From: Amoebidium appalachense | Lineage: Eukaryota; Protista; Ichthyosporea | Reading direction: 5' to 3' | Assembly: GCA_963693365.1 (NCBI GenBank) | Contig: CAVNZM010000007.1 | Span: forward strand, 2,217,979-2,281,978 | Length of the DNA: 64,000 nucleotides | In this document: piece after piece, positions 1 to 49,957 of the stretch | Layout of the letters: the number at the start of each line of letters is the position of its first letter | Numbering within the stretch: the first letter of the stretch is position 1 | The notes under the pieces: model-generated | What the model was told of the DNA's origin: nothing | The model's input: the letters and a program-made list of their open reading frames with translations, nothing else | The model's database searches: none | Position numbers and translations under genes: made by a program

Positions 1-453
1 TGTCTATACATTGCAATATCTCTTCCTTTCTTTGAAACTTGAGCAGCATGATATCCCAATTCCTCTCCTCGCCACTTCCCACAACGTGTTAGTTTTTCCA
101 AACATGGCATAAACGCTGTTCGCTGGGTTTCACCGCTTCACCCCGCCTTTACCCCATCCACTTCTCCGCCCCTACCCTACATTCCTTTCGTTCCATACCC
201 CACTACCACCACTGCGGGCTGTGATATTGTTCCCTCACATGCCCCCCGGGGTGGGTGGGGGGGGGGGGGGGGCCACCACTCCCTGATCTATTCTTACCGC
301 AACACATCCCTGTTTCCCCTCAGCACATCCCCTCACCCTACCTCTTCTCGTCTCTCTCCCCCATCCCCTCCGTCTTCGTGTTCTCTTAGCCAATTTGATG
401 CTGTGTTGTTAGTAATGAATGCGTAACTCCGACGCATGCTAACCCCTCTCCCT

Positions 454-584
454 GGGCCCCCACTCTGCAAATGCTGCACACTCCACGCTGTGCTTGTGTT
501 GCATACTTTTGTTTGCCTTTGCATGTGTCCTTCACCATGTTTCTCATCGTGTAAATATACTTCGTACCATATTCCGAATTCTAA
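454..584 (+). mobile_element. Degenerate copy of the poly(C)-associated repeat (subfamily 2)
   Basis: gttgcatac..ttgcctttgcatgtgtcc..caccatg..tctcatcgtgta..tacttcgtacc..ttccgaattctaa then C-run; aligns with 47628-47773. Confidence 0.65.
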
Positions 585-616
585 CCCTCCCCTCCCCCCC
601 CCCCCCCCCCCTCCAG

Positions 617-5070
<4,454 letters not shown>

Positions 5071-5991
5071 GGTTGGGGGTCTGGTGTGGATAATGACGGG
5101 GGATGGAGGGGGGCGGGGGGGCAAAGGGCCAAATAGTAATAATCGAAAATAGGGATTTGATTAAAGTGGAATTTCGGACCCAATCAGCTCGTCGGAATTT
5201 AGTTTATTCGATTTCAACTCAGGTTTCGGCGTTATCATCTATTGGCCAGATGGGGGAGGGGGGGGGGGAGCCAAAAAAGCTTATATGGGTGGTATTTTAA
5301 TAGGTTATAGTATCTATACAGATGGACACCCCAAAAATATCAGTGTGCATGCTGGTAATTACCGAATATGGATATATAAGACGGCCACTCAGATCAATGG
5401 CCCCAAGTGTCAGAAGCCGGGGAGGAAGGGGGGGGGGGGGGGGGGGGGGGGGGAGGACTAAACTATTGGTTGATGACTAATATTCTAAAAGTTTGTGCAT
5501 GGAGGTTTGAACGCTCAAAACCCCAGAGTCCAGAAGTGCGAGTTTGTACGTCAGTTGTTGTCCTTTTTGATTTTTCATATACATCTATGTATGTCTGCGG
5601 AATACATCTATGCTGTGTGTGTTTACGGTGGGGGGGGGGGGGGGGGAGGGGGGGGGAGGGGGTTGTTTGACAGGGTGGGAGGGGGGAGGATGGGGGGAGC
5701 AAGGCAAGAATGTGTCAGCCTAAAGACTACATCCAGCATGTTTCGAGTTAGGTTCATAAGATGGAAGCCCTAGGCATAGGGAAATGGCGACCGTATGCCA
5801 TATTTGATACTATTTACTACGAAAATAGAGAGTCTGACACTGAAACCCCCACCACAACCATAACCCTATGTGTGTCTGGTTCTGAAGGGGGTGCTACCCT
5901 CCCTCTCTCCTCCCCCCTCCCCCCCCTCCCAGAGTCCCCCACGCGTGGCTCAGTTTCAGTAAAGATCGATGTTCTTGAGCATAGTATAATA

Positions 5992-6156
5992 CAATGCTTG
6001 CACTGAAACGGCCTCCAATCAGAACAGGGCAGACTATGTGATACGATTGGATGGCGGTCTGGATTTTAAGCTTCGTTAATTTCATAGTTCGAGCCGCGGC
6101 ATATCGCAAAAGCCTCACTTTGATCTGATTGGTGGCCGTTTTCAGTGCAACCATTG
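5992..6156. mobile_element. MITE with ~32-bp TIRs and TA target duplication (Tc1/mariner-like)
   Basis: ta|caatgcttgcactgaaacggcctccaatcaga (5992-6023) versus tctgattggtggccgttttcagtgcaaccattg|ta (6124-6156): reverse complement with 2 mismatches and 1 gap. Confidence 0.75.
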
Positions 6157-6817
6157 TAGTTCAGTGTTCACGGGTGGCCATGACCGATGAAAAGGAGCGC
6201 ACTGATTGGTATTTGCCCTATATGGAATATCCAATCAGTGGGCAGTGCCATATAAGGCAAGTACCATGCGTGCTGTAGGTTGCGAAATATCAATACAGTA
6301 CAGTCGTTAAACTTCACGGTTTGGGCCCAGAAAAGTCGTTCTCCGTTCGTACGTTCTTGTGGTTGATCATTGACCATACATAGTTTTATTTCATATTTTT
6401 TATACGTTTATTATGACGATAATTAAGTATTTCCACACACTGTACAGTTGACGCTCGCCCGACTACTTTTCAACCTACTGTTACAGGGTCTAAATACAAC
6501 GTTCAAAAGCCATTGCACTCTCTGTTTTATTTGTATAATCTTTAGTATTTATTTTCTATTTATGACTTCAATATCTTTTTTATGATCACGCATCCACTGT
6601 ACAGTAAAACAACCATGCAGCTTACAAATGTTATTACATTAGATCACCTATCAAATATTGTACACTAATTTATCGGTATATATAAAGGTGGTTTGCCCCT
6701 TTCAACTACACTTGTGCAGATATATTTGCAAATTCTGCATATCTATATGGTGTCCTTTTGAATATTTTCTCCGGTGCAAATAGTTCCGCATATATATCCA
6801 AAAAAATAAAATGATGC

Positions 6818-18075
<11,258 letters not shown>

Positions 18076-19315
18076 GGTGTGGTGCTTTATTGCACAGCAA
18101 CACACACGTCCTATTTGCAGTGAGGAGCAAAGGAGTTTACCACGGGCCACTCTGTCTCAGTAAACGTTAGAAATGTGTAAGCTGGTTGTATGTGCTGACG
18201 TAAAACAGGTATCTGGGCACTTTTTAAAGGGCTTCTATGCCCGTGCGTACGTCGCGAAGTATGAGCGGCCACACGCAGTGAAGGTGCACGATCGCGAGAG
18301 TTATTGTGGCCGCGACTTTGCGATCCGGAAATGGCGGTGTCCTGAACTTATATAGCTGATGATAGAGGAGTGTAAAACCTAACATTGAATTGTGACCAAT
18401 CATGTAGTTTTAGGTTATCCAATCGCAGAGCGCCTGCTGTTCGTGCGAGATCCAAAAAAAAGAAAAAAAGCCAGACGGTCCACTTGAAGAGTGCTTGAAA
18501 AGTGCTTATTACATACACGTATATACCAAAACTTCTTAAGAAGTTTCACTGCTGACTCTCTTAAAGTTCTTTTGACAAGATAAGAAGCGCTCAATTGCAA
18601 GCCCATTAAATTTCTTTTTGTTTCTAGGCAGTAAGCCCCACGTTCGCAGCAGGGGTGAAAGGAATGCGGTAGATGTTTTATTTGGGAAACCCCTCAGCCT
18701 CAGGCCCCCAAAAAAATGTCGCCAATCAACGCATCAATAGCGAGTGCAGGGGAGTGAAGGAGGTGAGGTGAAGTGAACTGTGTGATATGGACACTCACGG
18801 AAGCGTCAGGGCTTCCATTTTTTTGCACGAGAGACTGCAAGGAAGAGCGAAAGAAGGGAGGAAAGCTGAATTCGAAGGGGTGGCCCGAAGAGGCGCAAAT
18901 TGTACATTGTCTAAAATGGTGCTTATTATGATACGTATATCCGTGATACGGGGGTCCGAAGTGGGCGGTATTCAAAAGTCTTGCAGAGGGAGAAAGTGAC
19001 GCCATGGACAGAAAGAGGGAGGCAAGGGCCGTGCGTTGACGGCCAGAAGAAAGGGGCACATGTACATATTATGACATTACTGATTGATCATTCTATCTAT
19101 CATGATCATCATGTGACGAGACTCGGGCTGGCCCCAGATCTAGGGGAGAGCACAGAGTGGAGGGGAGCCCAGAGAGAGGGGAACGAGGCGGGGCGGGGGA
19201 GGAGGGGGAGGGGGAGTTGAGAGAGGGAGTCTCAGAGAGAGGTGGGAGAAATTTGGGGAACTTGAAGGGGGAGAGAGGGGGGGGGAGGGAGAGAGTGAGA
19301 GGGGGGGGGGGGGGG

Positions 19316-19348
<33 letters not shown>

Positions 19349-20258
19349 GAGAGACAGAGAGAGAGAGAGAGCGTGTGTGTGTGTGTGTGTGAAAGGGAGA
19401 GAGGGAGAGAGGTTGATTGTGAGACAGAGATCTAGAGAGAGAGAGTAAGAGAGAACACACACACACACACGCGCAGAGAGAGAGGGGGGAGGGGGGGAAG
19501 GGGGGTGGGGGAAGGGCATAAATGCTTAGAGAAGGGCGGAGGCCGGGAAGGGAACCGGGAGAGGGTGAAGGGCCGACGGCAACGAGACGTTCTTCTGGGG
19601 AGAGGGGGGGGGGGGGGGGGGGGGGTGGAGGGGAGCTGAATGAAGAGACGTAGCTGCGAAGGCCAATCTGTTTGTGTGTGTGTACATGTGTCTACGCGTG
19701 TGTGTGTGTGTGTGTATGTGCGCGCACGCGCGCGCGGCCACGCGTGTGTTTATAATTATGGCACCGTGACACTGCATGCGTGACTGCGCCGCCGAGGGGA
19801 GGGTGGATGCGTGACTGCGCCGCCGAGGGAGGGGTGGGGGGGGGGGGGGGGGGGGTAGGTGAGGTAATGAAGGAGAGTAAAGTTCGACGGGCGATGGTTG
19901 GTTGCAGGTTATTTGACCTAATCAGTATGCTATGTACAGCAAGGGTCCCCTGTGCACGCACACCACCTCGGGGAGCTACCTCTAGTATTTTATGATGATC
20001 ATTTGCCTAGTTATGATTCCGGCATATGCCAACTCGTGCTTTCACACAATTAATTACAGAAATGCATAACCTCAAGGTGTGTGACTTCCTCTTGTTATGT
20101 AAACTTGGCATATGAACAAGTCACACGAACACGTTGTGGGTACTTGTGTGTGTGTGTGTATGTACACGTTTGCGTGTGTGTGTGTGTGTGTGGAACTGTT
20201 GTGTGACACTGCGTGTGTGTGTGTGTGTGTACGTGCACGCGTGCATGTGTTTGTATGT

Positions 20259-20299
<41 letters not shown>

Positions 20300-21011
20300 C
20301 CAGGTTTGTGTGTGCGGTACGTGTGTGTGTGTGTGTGTGTGCATGTACGTGTTTCGTGCATGTATGTATACGTGCGGGGTGGTTCTATCGTCTGGTGTGC
20401 GTTTCGTGTTTTTATGTATGTGTGTGTGTGTATGTAGGTGTTTCGTGCATGCATGTGTGTGCGGTTCTGTCGTTTAAAATTTCTCTCTCTCTCTCTCTCC
20501 CCCCCCCCCCCCCCCCTCTCTCCCTCCCCCCCCCCCCCCCCCTCTCTCTCACTCTCTCTCCCGCCCTCTCTCTCTGTCTCTTTCTCTCTAGATCTTCCTC
20601 CCCCCCCCCCCCCTCTCTCTCTCTCTCCCTCTCTGTATGTGTGTGTGTGTCACAGGGCTCATGGGTGTCCCATGTTATTGATATAGTGAATTTAAACTTT
20701 TTAAGGCGAGTTCATTAATATTCAAGCCTGATCAGAAGTTCTTGCAAGAGTCACGGCATGCATTTGAATTTGAACGATCAGAAAAACTTCGAACATGACG
20801 GTCATAATAATTATTTCGTAGTCTCAGACTCTCGGTTTTTGCTCCCTTTTTCTGTTTCCATTTCTTGGCTCGCCGTTTGCAAGTTCGACGGAAGTCACAC
20901 AAATAAACTGTCAGAGGATGCTGTACATGCATGTTGCTAAGTCTTTGTGTCACAAATTGTGTTCATAGATGGTATACTAGTACAGTAGAGTTAGAGCTGT
21001 TAGAAGCACAC

Positions 21012-21736
21012 TGTGAAGGAGTCACCGACATGGTCGACGACGGAGTCGGACGTGTTGTATAGCAAGGGCGTGTGTGGGATCAGGAATGGGGGTTGTGGAA
21101 CCACCGAACCTAAATGTGTTTGTCTGTAGGTGTCCACCCGTCTGCAAAGCAGAACTACTGACAACGGCAGAGCGCTACAAGTGACTGCTAGCCGACTACC
21201 ATCAGACCTGCCACCTACTGAGATGGCTCCTTATTTTTCCTTACACATTCAGCGAACACTGGACTCTATCGAACCGTCGAGGCGCCGCGACAGAAAGCAT
21301 GCGCGCGGTCGCGAGAGTGTAAGGAAAAATCGGACGCCTGCAGCGAACGTAAAGTTCATCGCAGCGCGTGCACACCGTCAGTACGTAGGGCTACCTTTCC
21401 GTATACAAACACACCCACAATCACATACAACATACACACACCATCACACACAAACACCTACACACACAAACACCTACACACACGTATACACGCAGACACC
21501 CGTATATTCGTGTGAGAGCGAACGTAAAGTTCATCGCAGCGCTTGCACACCGTCAGTACGTGTGAGCCATCAGACTGACTGAGGGTCGGCAGTGCGGTCT
21601 TAGCCCCCGCGAATGTTCCCGACAAACCCGATCCAGCCCCGCGGGCTCGCGATTCGGGTTCCGTGAATCGACTCGACCGTGATTCTACCACAGGACGGAC
21701 CCGTCGGACCGTCGTCGTCGAGTGACTCCTCCGTCA
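21012..21736. mobile_element. Possible solo LTR or TIR element (TG...CA, imperfect terminal inverted repeats)
   Basis: tgtgaaggagtcac..cgacgacgg at the left end versus ccgtcgtcg..gtgactcctccgtca at the right end; internal 45-bp direct repeat at 21342-21386 and 21517-21561; no clear TSD. Confidence 0.35.
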
Positions 21737-22728
21737 AGATCCTACCAATAGGTGAGGGGTATCGCACTTTGTCTGGATCCGCTGATTGGATCACCTGATA
21801 GCCAATAGGTGATGCTTCATTAATGCTAATAGAAGCAAATGAATTTTGACCAATTGTTGTGAGTGTGGTTATCTGCTCGTGGCCGACAGGTCAATTAGAC
21901 CTTTTAAAAATTCAGATAATTACATAGACGGAATCCTCCGGATTCAGACGCCTGCGGTAACGGAGAGTTCTGCCTGAGATTTTATTTACTTTCTATCTCA
22001 AAAGGGAAATAGGTATAGCTGTTGCTATCTGTGTCTTTGCACGTGCCTCAGGTGGGTCAGATGGAGACTCATCATGGAGTTCGCACATGCTTCTAGATGG
22101 CCGTGGCACATGCACAAACCTACGAATTTGAACGCCACCAATTGCATGAGCGTACGGCACTTGGCAGTATCACCGCAACATTGCGGCAGAAGAAAAGACT
22201 CGCTGGCACGAGAACCGACGTTGTGTCTAATAAAACTTTTGTATATCTCTGTTTGCATTTCGCTGCTTATTTTTCTTAAAACATGTATTTAAGCTTATGT
22301 GTATATAGATATGCTGCTTTTTTCGCTTTTATTTTGCAGTGCGCTGGCTTTGGCTCACGTGTCAATCAAATGGCACCATCGTTTCTTGAGCATCTTCAAG
22401 TGTTACATGAAAGCAGAGTCAATGGACAAGTTGTACACAGTATGGCATCGGCTGGCCATGGGGGAAAAATTTTTACGCAAGAAAGACCTTTCTTGCAAGT
22501 TGGTGCCAAGAAAAACACACGCAGGTGAAATAACAAAAATTAGCCTCAGTTTGCCTAAGAGTGGCATTTAATTAGTAATGATGTCTCATAGTCAGTGGTT
22601 CGTCACAAGTCGAAAGGTCTTCCGATCACTGTAGCATTAAGTGCCGCGTAAGGCTTAGTTTGCCAGCTAGTTTTAGCTGGTTCCAACCTCTCAAAAGTCA
22701 AACGGAAGATACAGAAAAGAGCGAGCGG

Positions 22729-29568
<6,840 letters not shown>

Positions 29569-29737
29569 GAGAGCTTTTTGTGCAAAGGGTGGTGAATCGT
29601 GCTCGGTGACTATTCCATTGGATAGGGATGGTCACGAAACTTTAGTTTAGGTGATAGCGAGGGTGGTGTGCGGGCATGGTTTCTGGTTCAGCTGTGTGTG
29701 TGTGCATGTGCTTGTGTGCGTGCGTGTGGGCATGCGT

Positions 29738-29819
<82 letters not shown>

Positions 29820-30015
29820 CGTGTGTGCATGCGTCCTTGTGTGTGTGTGTGTGTGTGTGTTTGTGTGTGTTGTGTGTGTGTGTGTGTGTGTGCGTGTGTG
29901 TGTGCGTGTGTGTGTGTGCGTGTGCGTTTGTGACGTGGGTGTCTGACGTGGGTGTATATGTGTGTTGTGTGTACGCCCGTGTCACTCTGTGCATGTGCGC
30001 GCCTCCGAGTATACT

Positions 30016-30104
<89 letters not shown>

Positions 30105-30693
30105 CGTGTGCGGCCCATGTACGTGGTCATGCACAGTTGTACCTTTCCCTTAGTTAGCACTAGTATGGTGGCTCTAATAGCTTCTCTGTTCAAAGCTAAG
30201 GTGTAAATAATGATTTTGTGAAATTACAATTCACCTTAATTCCCCTTAAATTAATGTATGTAGCTACAGATCCTGGGCTACTGTAGGTTCTTCCACCAAC
30301 CATTTTTCATTTTCGTATGTAATGTGACAGGTTCTAGATTCTAAATGTCACATGATCTTTAGCCTATCGCTTGTAACCCAAAGCCGTGCAGTGGTAGTGC
30401 CGTAACGGGCATCATAACGGTTCCTTGATAAAGGACTTTTTTGTAATTGTAAGTTACCTGTAGCAGGGTGACTGTGTGCCACACATAGTAATCATCTTTC
30501 GCAATTTCTCTTTCTGTAAACAGTTTTTCTATTTAGTTAAGCTGTAAACACTTGAAGAGCAAAACATGCTCTGAAAATTTTAATTTTTTTTTTCAGTTTA
30601 CAACTACTGATAGTAGCTAGACCTTAATATTAACTTACGTTTGTTCCTTCACGGTGTGCTGCAAATCGCTTCCCTTTTAACTTCTTCCCCCCC

Positions 30694-30749
<56 letters not shown>

Positions 30750-30844
30750 GAAAACAAACAAAAAAAGCAAAAACAAAAAACCGGGATGACCCACGTGGGG
30801 GTTTGTATCCACTCATGACACTGCCGCCGTGTCCTGAAATATTA

Positions 30845-30878
<34 letters not shown>

Positions 30879-31327
30879 TTCCCCCCCCTCCCCCCCCCCC
30901 CCCCCCCGCACACGGGGCTCCCCGTGAAAACGCAAACACACGCGCGCACACGCACATACACATGCACACGCACGCGCGCACCCACACATGCACACAGTGT
31001 CACGTGCACATATGCATATGCGCGCGCACACACACACACACACGTGCACACGCACATGTTCATGTGCACACGCACACACGCAACACGTACACACACATGT
31101 ACACACGTGTACACACACGCACACACATACGCACACATACACACACACAAAGACACGCACACAACACGTGCACACACGTCCGCACACGCACACGAACACA
31201 CGCCCAAACGTGAACACATGTACATATGACTCAGGTACACACACGCACATGTACACAAACACGCGCGCGCGCACGCGCACACGCACTCACACACACACAC
31301 GCACACACGCACACGCACGCACACGCA

Positions 31328-31374
<47 letters not shown>

Positions 31375-32308
31375 CCAACACTCATTGTACAACTTAGTAC
31401 AACTTCCGACTCGGACGTCTCAGCGGGTTGATTTTCTTCAAGTTGACCAGTGCACGACTGCATATGCCCTGATATGCCCTGTGAAAAAGCGTTTTATCTA
31501 GGGAGATAGACCTGCTTTTTTGATTCAGGCTAAACCAATAGCAGGCCCTCCAGCTGACCTGCTGAGGTCTAGGGGATCTTTGTCACATTTCTGATTGGTA
31601 GAGGCTGTAAAGCAGGGATTACAACCAATCACTTTGTAGACGATCAGCTGAGCATGGAAAGAAGGTATTTTTAGCCAAGAATGTGGAGAAAGAATAACGA
31701 AACATAAAGCTACCACTCTGAAATTCCACCACATATCCACGACGGTACTAACAATTTGTGATTATATTCTACTTCTAATTTCAACCGAACTGTGTTTTCA
31801 ACACCTGTTATAATACATACTATTATAAAATTTAAGCATCAGAATTTACCCTGCTCTTAGTTGCACCAATCATCGCGTGGTCAAATCTTGAAAGTTCGTA
31901 TGCCGGGCCCCGGCTGCATGCCGTCATACGAACTGTGGCGCTCGACAGAGCTCAAAACACTGTATGAAGGGAAGGTGAAAGGAATCGCATCAGTGAAAAG
32001 TGTAGTGATTGGAGCATACTTGAATGTAAAAGTACAGCAATATAGGGAGAGCAAAGTAACGCTGCGTTTCAGAAGGTATATAATCTGGAATGCAGCTGGA
32101 TAGGTGCAGGGGCCGAGTGGGTTGAAGGCTGCCGTAGCACGCGGAAGGAACTAGGTAAGTGCGAGACGAATGGCAGATGGGCAGGTTCTGTGGCCCATTG
32201 ATGAGGGCAAGTTGAGGTGCATTTCACCTTATTCAGGCTTGTTTGACAAAACATAGAAGGCGGGAGTGGAAGCGGGAGAGGGGGGAGGGAGCGAGGAAAT
32301 GGATGGGC

Positions 32309-33243
<935 letters not shown>

Positions 33244-33606
33244 CGCGCGTGTGTGCGTGCGTGTGTGTGTGTGTGTGTGTGAGCGCGCGTGTGTGTGTGT
33301 GCGCCGCACATAGGTGTGTGTGTGTGTGAACCGTTGCGTGTGGGTGGGTATGTGAGTGGGTGCGGCTGTGCTTGATTGCGTGCTTTTGGGGTGAACCTGT
33401 GTGCGGGCGGGCCGGTGTTTGTGTTTATGTTTCTAGGCAGTGTGCCCTTTGGCTGCACATATTGATTTCTTAAATACTTCAAATATTCAATAAAGTGCAC
33501 CATATTTATTTTCAATACTTACCGACGCAAGTTTGTGAGTAAAAGTTGTGTTAGGTCAGTGAAGCGAGTTTACATGTTGAGAGGGTATTGTGCATAGCAG
33601 GAAACC

Positions 33607-46829
<13,223 letters not shown>

Positions 46830-47627
46830 GGGGACACCGAACAAAACTAGATGAGGAATAAGGAGTGTGCGGGGGAGAGGCAGGGGGGGAGTGCGGTGGA
46901 GGGAGAGGAGAGGGATGGGGCTGGGGGGGAAGGGGGGGGGGGGGGGGGGGGGGGGGAGGGGGGGGGGATGCATATGATACCCACACTATGGCTGAATGTT
47001 TAAAGAAGAGAAGAAGGGTGTGAATGAAACGGAATGAAAGTTGCTTGTATGTTGATATTGCTAAAAGCTAGATTAGGGGATGTATGAGATTCAACGGTCG
47101 TTCCTGTTTCCTTCGCAAATTTTTGTTGGTAAACAGTTTCGAATAGACGTGTTTTGAAGGACAACAAAAATGTTTATGTCAGAATTGAATGTTGAAGCAT
47201 GTGTTCCTTCCAGGCTTTTTGAATGGGTTTGAATGGGTTACTCTACTGTAATGTGTGAACGAAGTTGCAATTGTTTGCTGAAAGCAAGTTGGTACTTCAG
47301 TCTCAATTGTTCCCTTTTTCTGAAACACTATGGGTGTTATCTTTTTTGTTGTTGTTGAAATATCCGTATGTGTGAAAGAATTACTTGGACGAACGAGATC
47401 GTGTTTTCCCCCCTAACACAAGCGCTGTGCGCTCTGTTTTTCCCGATCTGATTAATCTACGCTTTTCACTGATGAACTATTATTGTATAGAATGCGTGAA
47501 GTTATGGTGTAATCTGCTAGAAGATAATAATATTAATTAGAAAGCTGAGTGAATTTCTACGGAATAAAATGCTGGGATACTGTCTTTTCAATGCTTGCTT
47601 CCCCCCCCCCCCCCCCCCCCCCCCCCC

Positions 47628-47773
47628 ATGGGCCCTCCCTGAGGATGGGCTCTGCTTATGACGCATACTGTGCGCATGGCTGATGTTGCATACTTGAATG
47701 ATTGCCTTTGCATGTGTCCTGCACCATGCTTCTCATCGTGTATGCGTACTTCGTACCGTGTTCCGCATTCAAA
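47628..47773 (+). mobile_element. 5'-truncated copy of the poly(C)-associated repeat (subfamily 2)
   Basis: C-run, then atgggccctccctgaggatgggctctgcttat...tacttcgtaccgtgttccgcattcaaa, then cccccc. Confidence 0.85.
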
Positions 47774-47829
47774 CCCCCCAGCCATTCAGCGACAAATGAT
47801 CTGTACATGTCATTGCATTCAGATGATTA

Positions 47830-47882
<53 letters not shown>

Positions 47883-48305
47883 CGCACGCGCGTCTCTCAT
47901 CAAGTTGTGTGCACGTGTGTCTGTGTGTGTGTGTGTGTACGTGCCGGTGTGTGCGTGTGCCTGTGTTTGTGCGTGTGTGCACATGTGTGCGCACGCGCGT
48001 GTCGTGAGTGTGCGTGTGTCAGGAAATGTAAGAGGATGATGGCTAAATGGTTAATAACGTATCTCTGTAAATGATATACTTTCTGGATTCTAAGGTTCAA
48101 ATCTTTCTTATCCTATTCTTAATACTAAGACAAATCTAAGTGAAAGTAGATTAATTGGTTATAGCATTAATTTATCACGTTAACAGTCCTTGGTTAAATC
48201 CAGGTCTTCTCTGTTTTTGGGGGAGCTCCTTCCCCTTTTTTGTTCTTTTTCCTTTTTTTTTTTTTTTTTTTTTTTTTGTTGTGTGTGTGTGGTGGTGGTG
48301 GTGGT

Positions 48306-48344
<39 letters not shown>

Positions 48345-49023
48345 CTGCTTGAAGAACGCCGCCTGCAAACTGAGGGCGTTGTCAATGTCGTACCTTTCTG
48401 TTTTCCTCTTTTCTGATTCGGAATTTGACTTATGTAGAAAGTTGATCTTTTGGTGAGACTGTCAGATAAGGGCTTAGACTCGGAACCTCTAGAGCTTGGA
48501 ACCTTGATTAACCAAGTTCGAGAATATGGGCTGAGAACTGAATTATTGTCACTGGACTTGAATCATTCGCACCATAACTATGTAATAATAACTTGAATAT
48601 TACGGGATAAAATCGGTGCGTTGTGAGAAACGGTAGATTCTGTAATTATTATAAGCGATTTAGAGGCCAATGCTCCATAGACACCGGGTCCAAAAAAATA
48701 ATTATAGTAAAATAAAGAGATTTAAAACGAATGAAACCCCTTCATTTTGAATTAGCAAAACGAGCAAGAAATAAGTCTGTGGTTCTGGTCCCGCACGTGC
48801 TGTTTTGATTAAAGGGCATATATAAAAAGTGGATTGCAACACCAGAACATTGTCTAATAGTATGTCATGCACATAACATTATATTTGTGATTGGGCAACA
48901 ATCTATTTCTGTTTGTTTGCTCGTCGAGTGGGTGTTCTGTTTGTTGGTGGTAGTGGTGGTGAAGGCCGGTTTGGGAGGGGCTGGGGGTGTGGTGTGTGTG
49001 GGTACGCGCGCGCGCGTGTGTAC

Positions 49024-49123
<100 letters not shown>

Positions 49124-49485
49124 ATGGGTGGGGAAGGTGGGGAGGGGCGGGGGGAGGGGGGGGGGGGGGGGGGAGGAGGGTTGGATGGGGTGCTTACGCA
49201 TGGGAGACCAAATAGGTAGGGCTAATTCTAGGAGGAATAGGTGTTTGTGTGTCGCTGCAGGCAGGGGGGGGGGGGGGGGGGGGGGGGGGTCAATAAAGAG
49301 AGGGGACCGGGGGGGTACTTAGGTATACCTATACGAGAGGAGTTCGTGCATGTATGTTGCGGTTCATAGTAAGTGCGGAAGTATTCTCTTTTTTCTTCCT
49401 TTATTTCAAGAGCTCTTCTTTCCCCTTTTTCTTTTTCTTTTCTTTCTTTTTTCTTTTTTCTTTTTCTTTTCTTTCTTTTCTTTTT

Positions 49486-49524
<39 letters not shown>

Positions 49525-49840
49525 AGTTGGGGGGGAACGGGGGGAGGGGGGAGGGGGGAGGGGGGAGTGTTTCATGTTATTGGCTTGTTGCCTTTTATTC
49601 GGAAAGTCCTGCTATAGGCTGCACTGCGCAACTATACACAACTTTATTATTGCTTTGCCTGTGTATCTGAGCTATTTACATGTGAGGAAAGATCCCGTCC
49701 AAGGAAGTTTATAAGATTGGCATAATTTTTCACGGTTCAAGAACAAAACATACTGTCCAGCAGGCGTATAAACGCAAATATTGCCGTAAGATGAAGAGCC
49801 ATTTGATCAATTGAAACGTCAGGGTAGGCACTAAACATAC

Positions 49841-49883
<43 letters not shown>

Positions 49884-49957
49884 AAAAAAAGAAAAAAAAA
49901 AAGAAGAACTTAACAGCACTTGCTCTGTGTTGTATACGTACGTTCCTAGGCCCTAGC

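Noticed and set aside
5500-5560. Possible minus-strand copy of the poly(C) element (gcgttcaaacctcc)
   Set aside because: Similarity is limited to a few terminal bases; the core motif is absent
31525-31740. 71-aa minus-strand ORF as a gene
   Set aside because: No recognisable motif or linked exons
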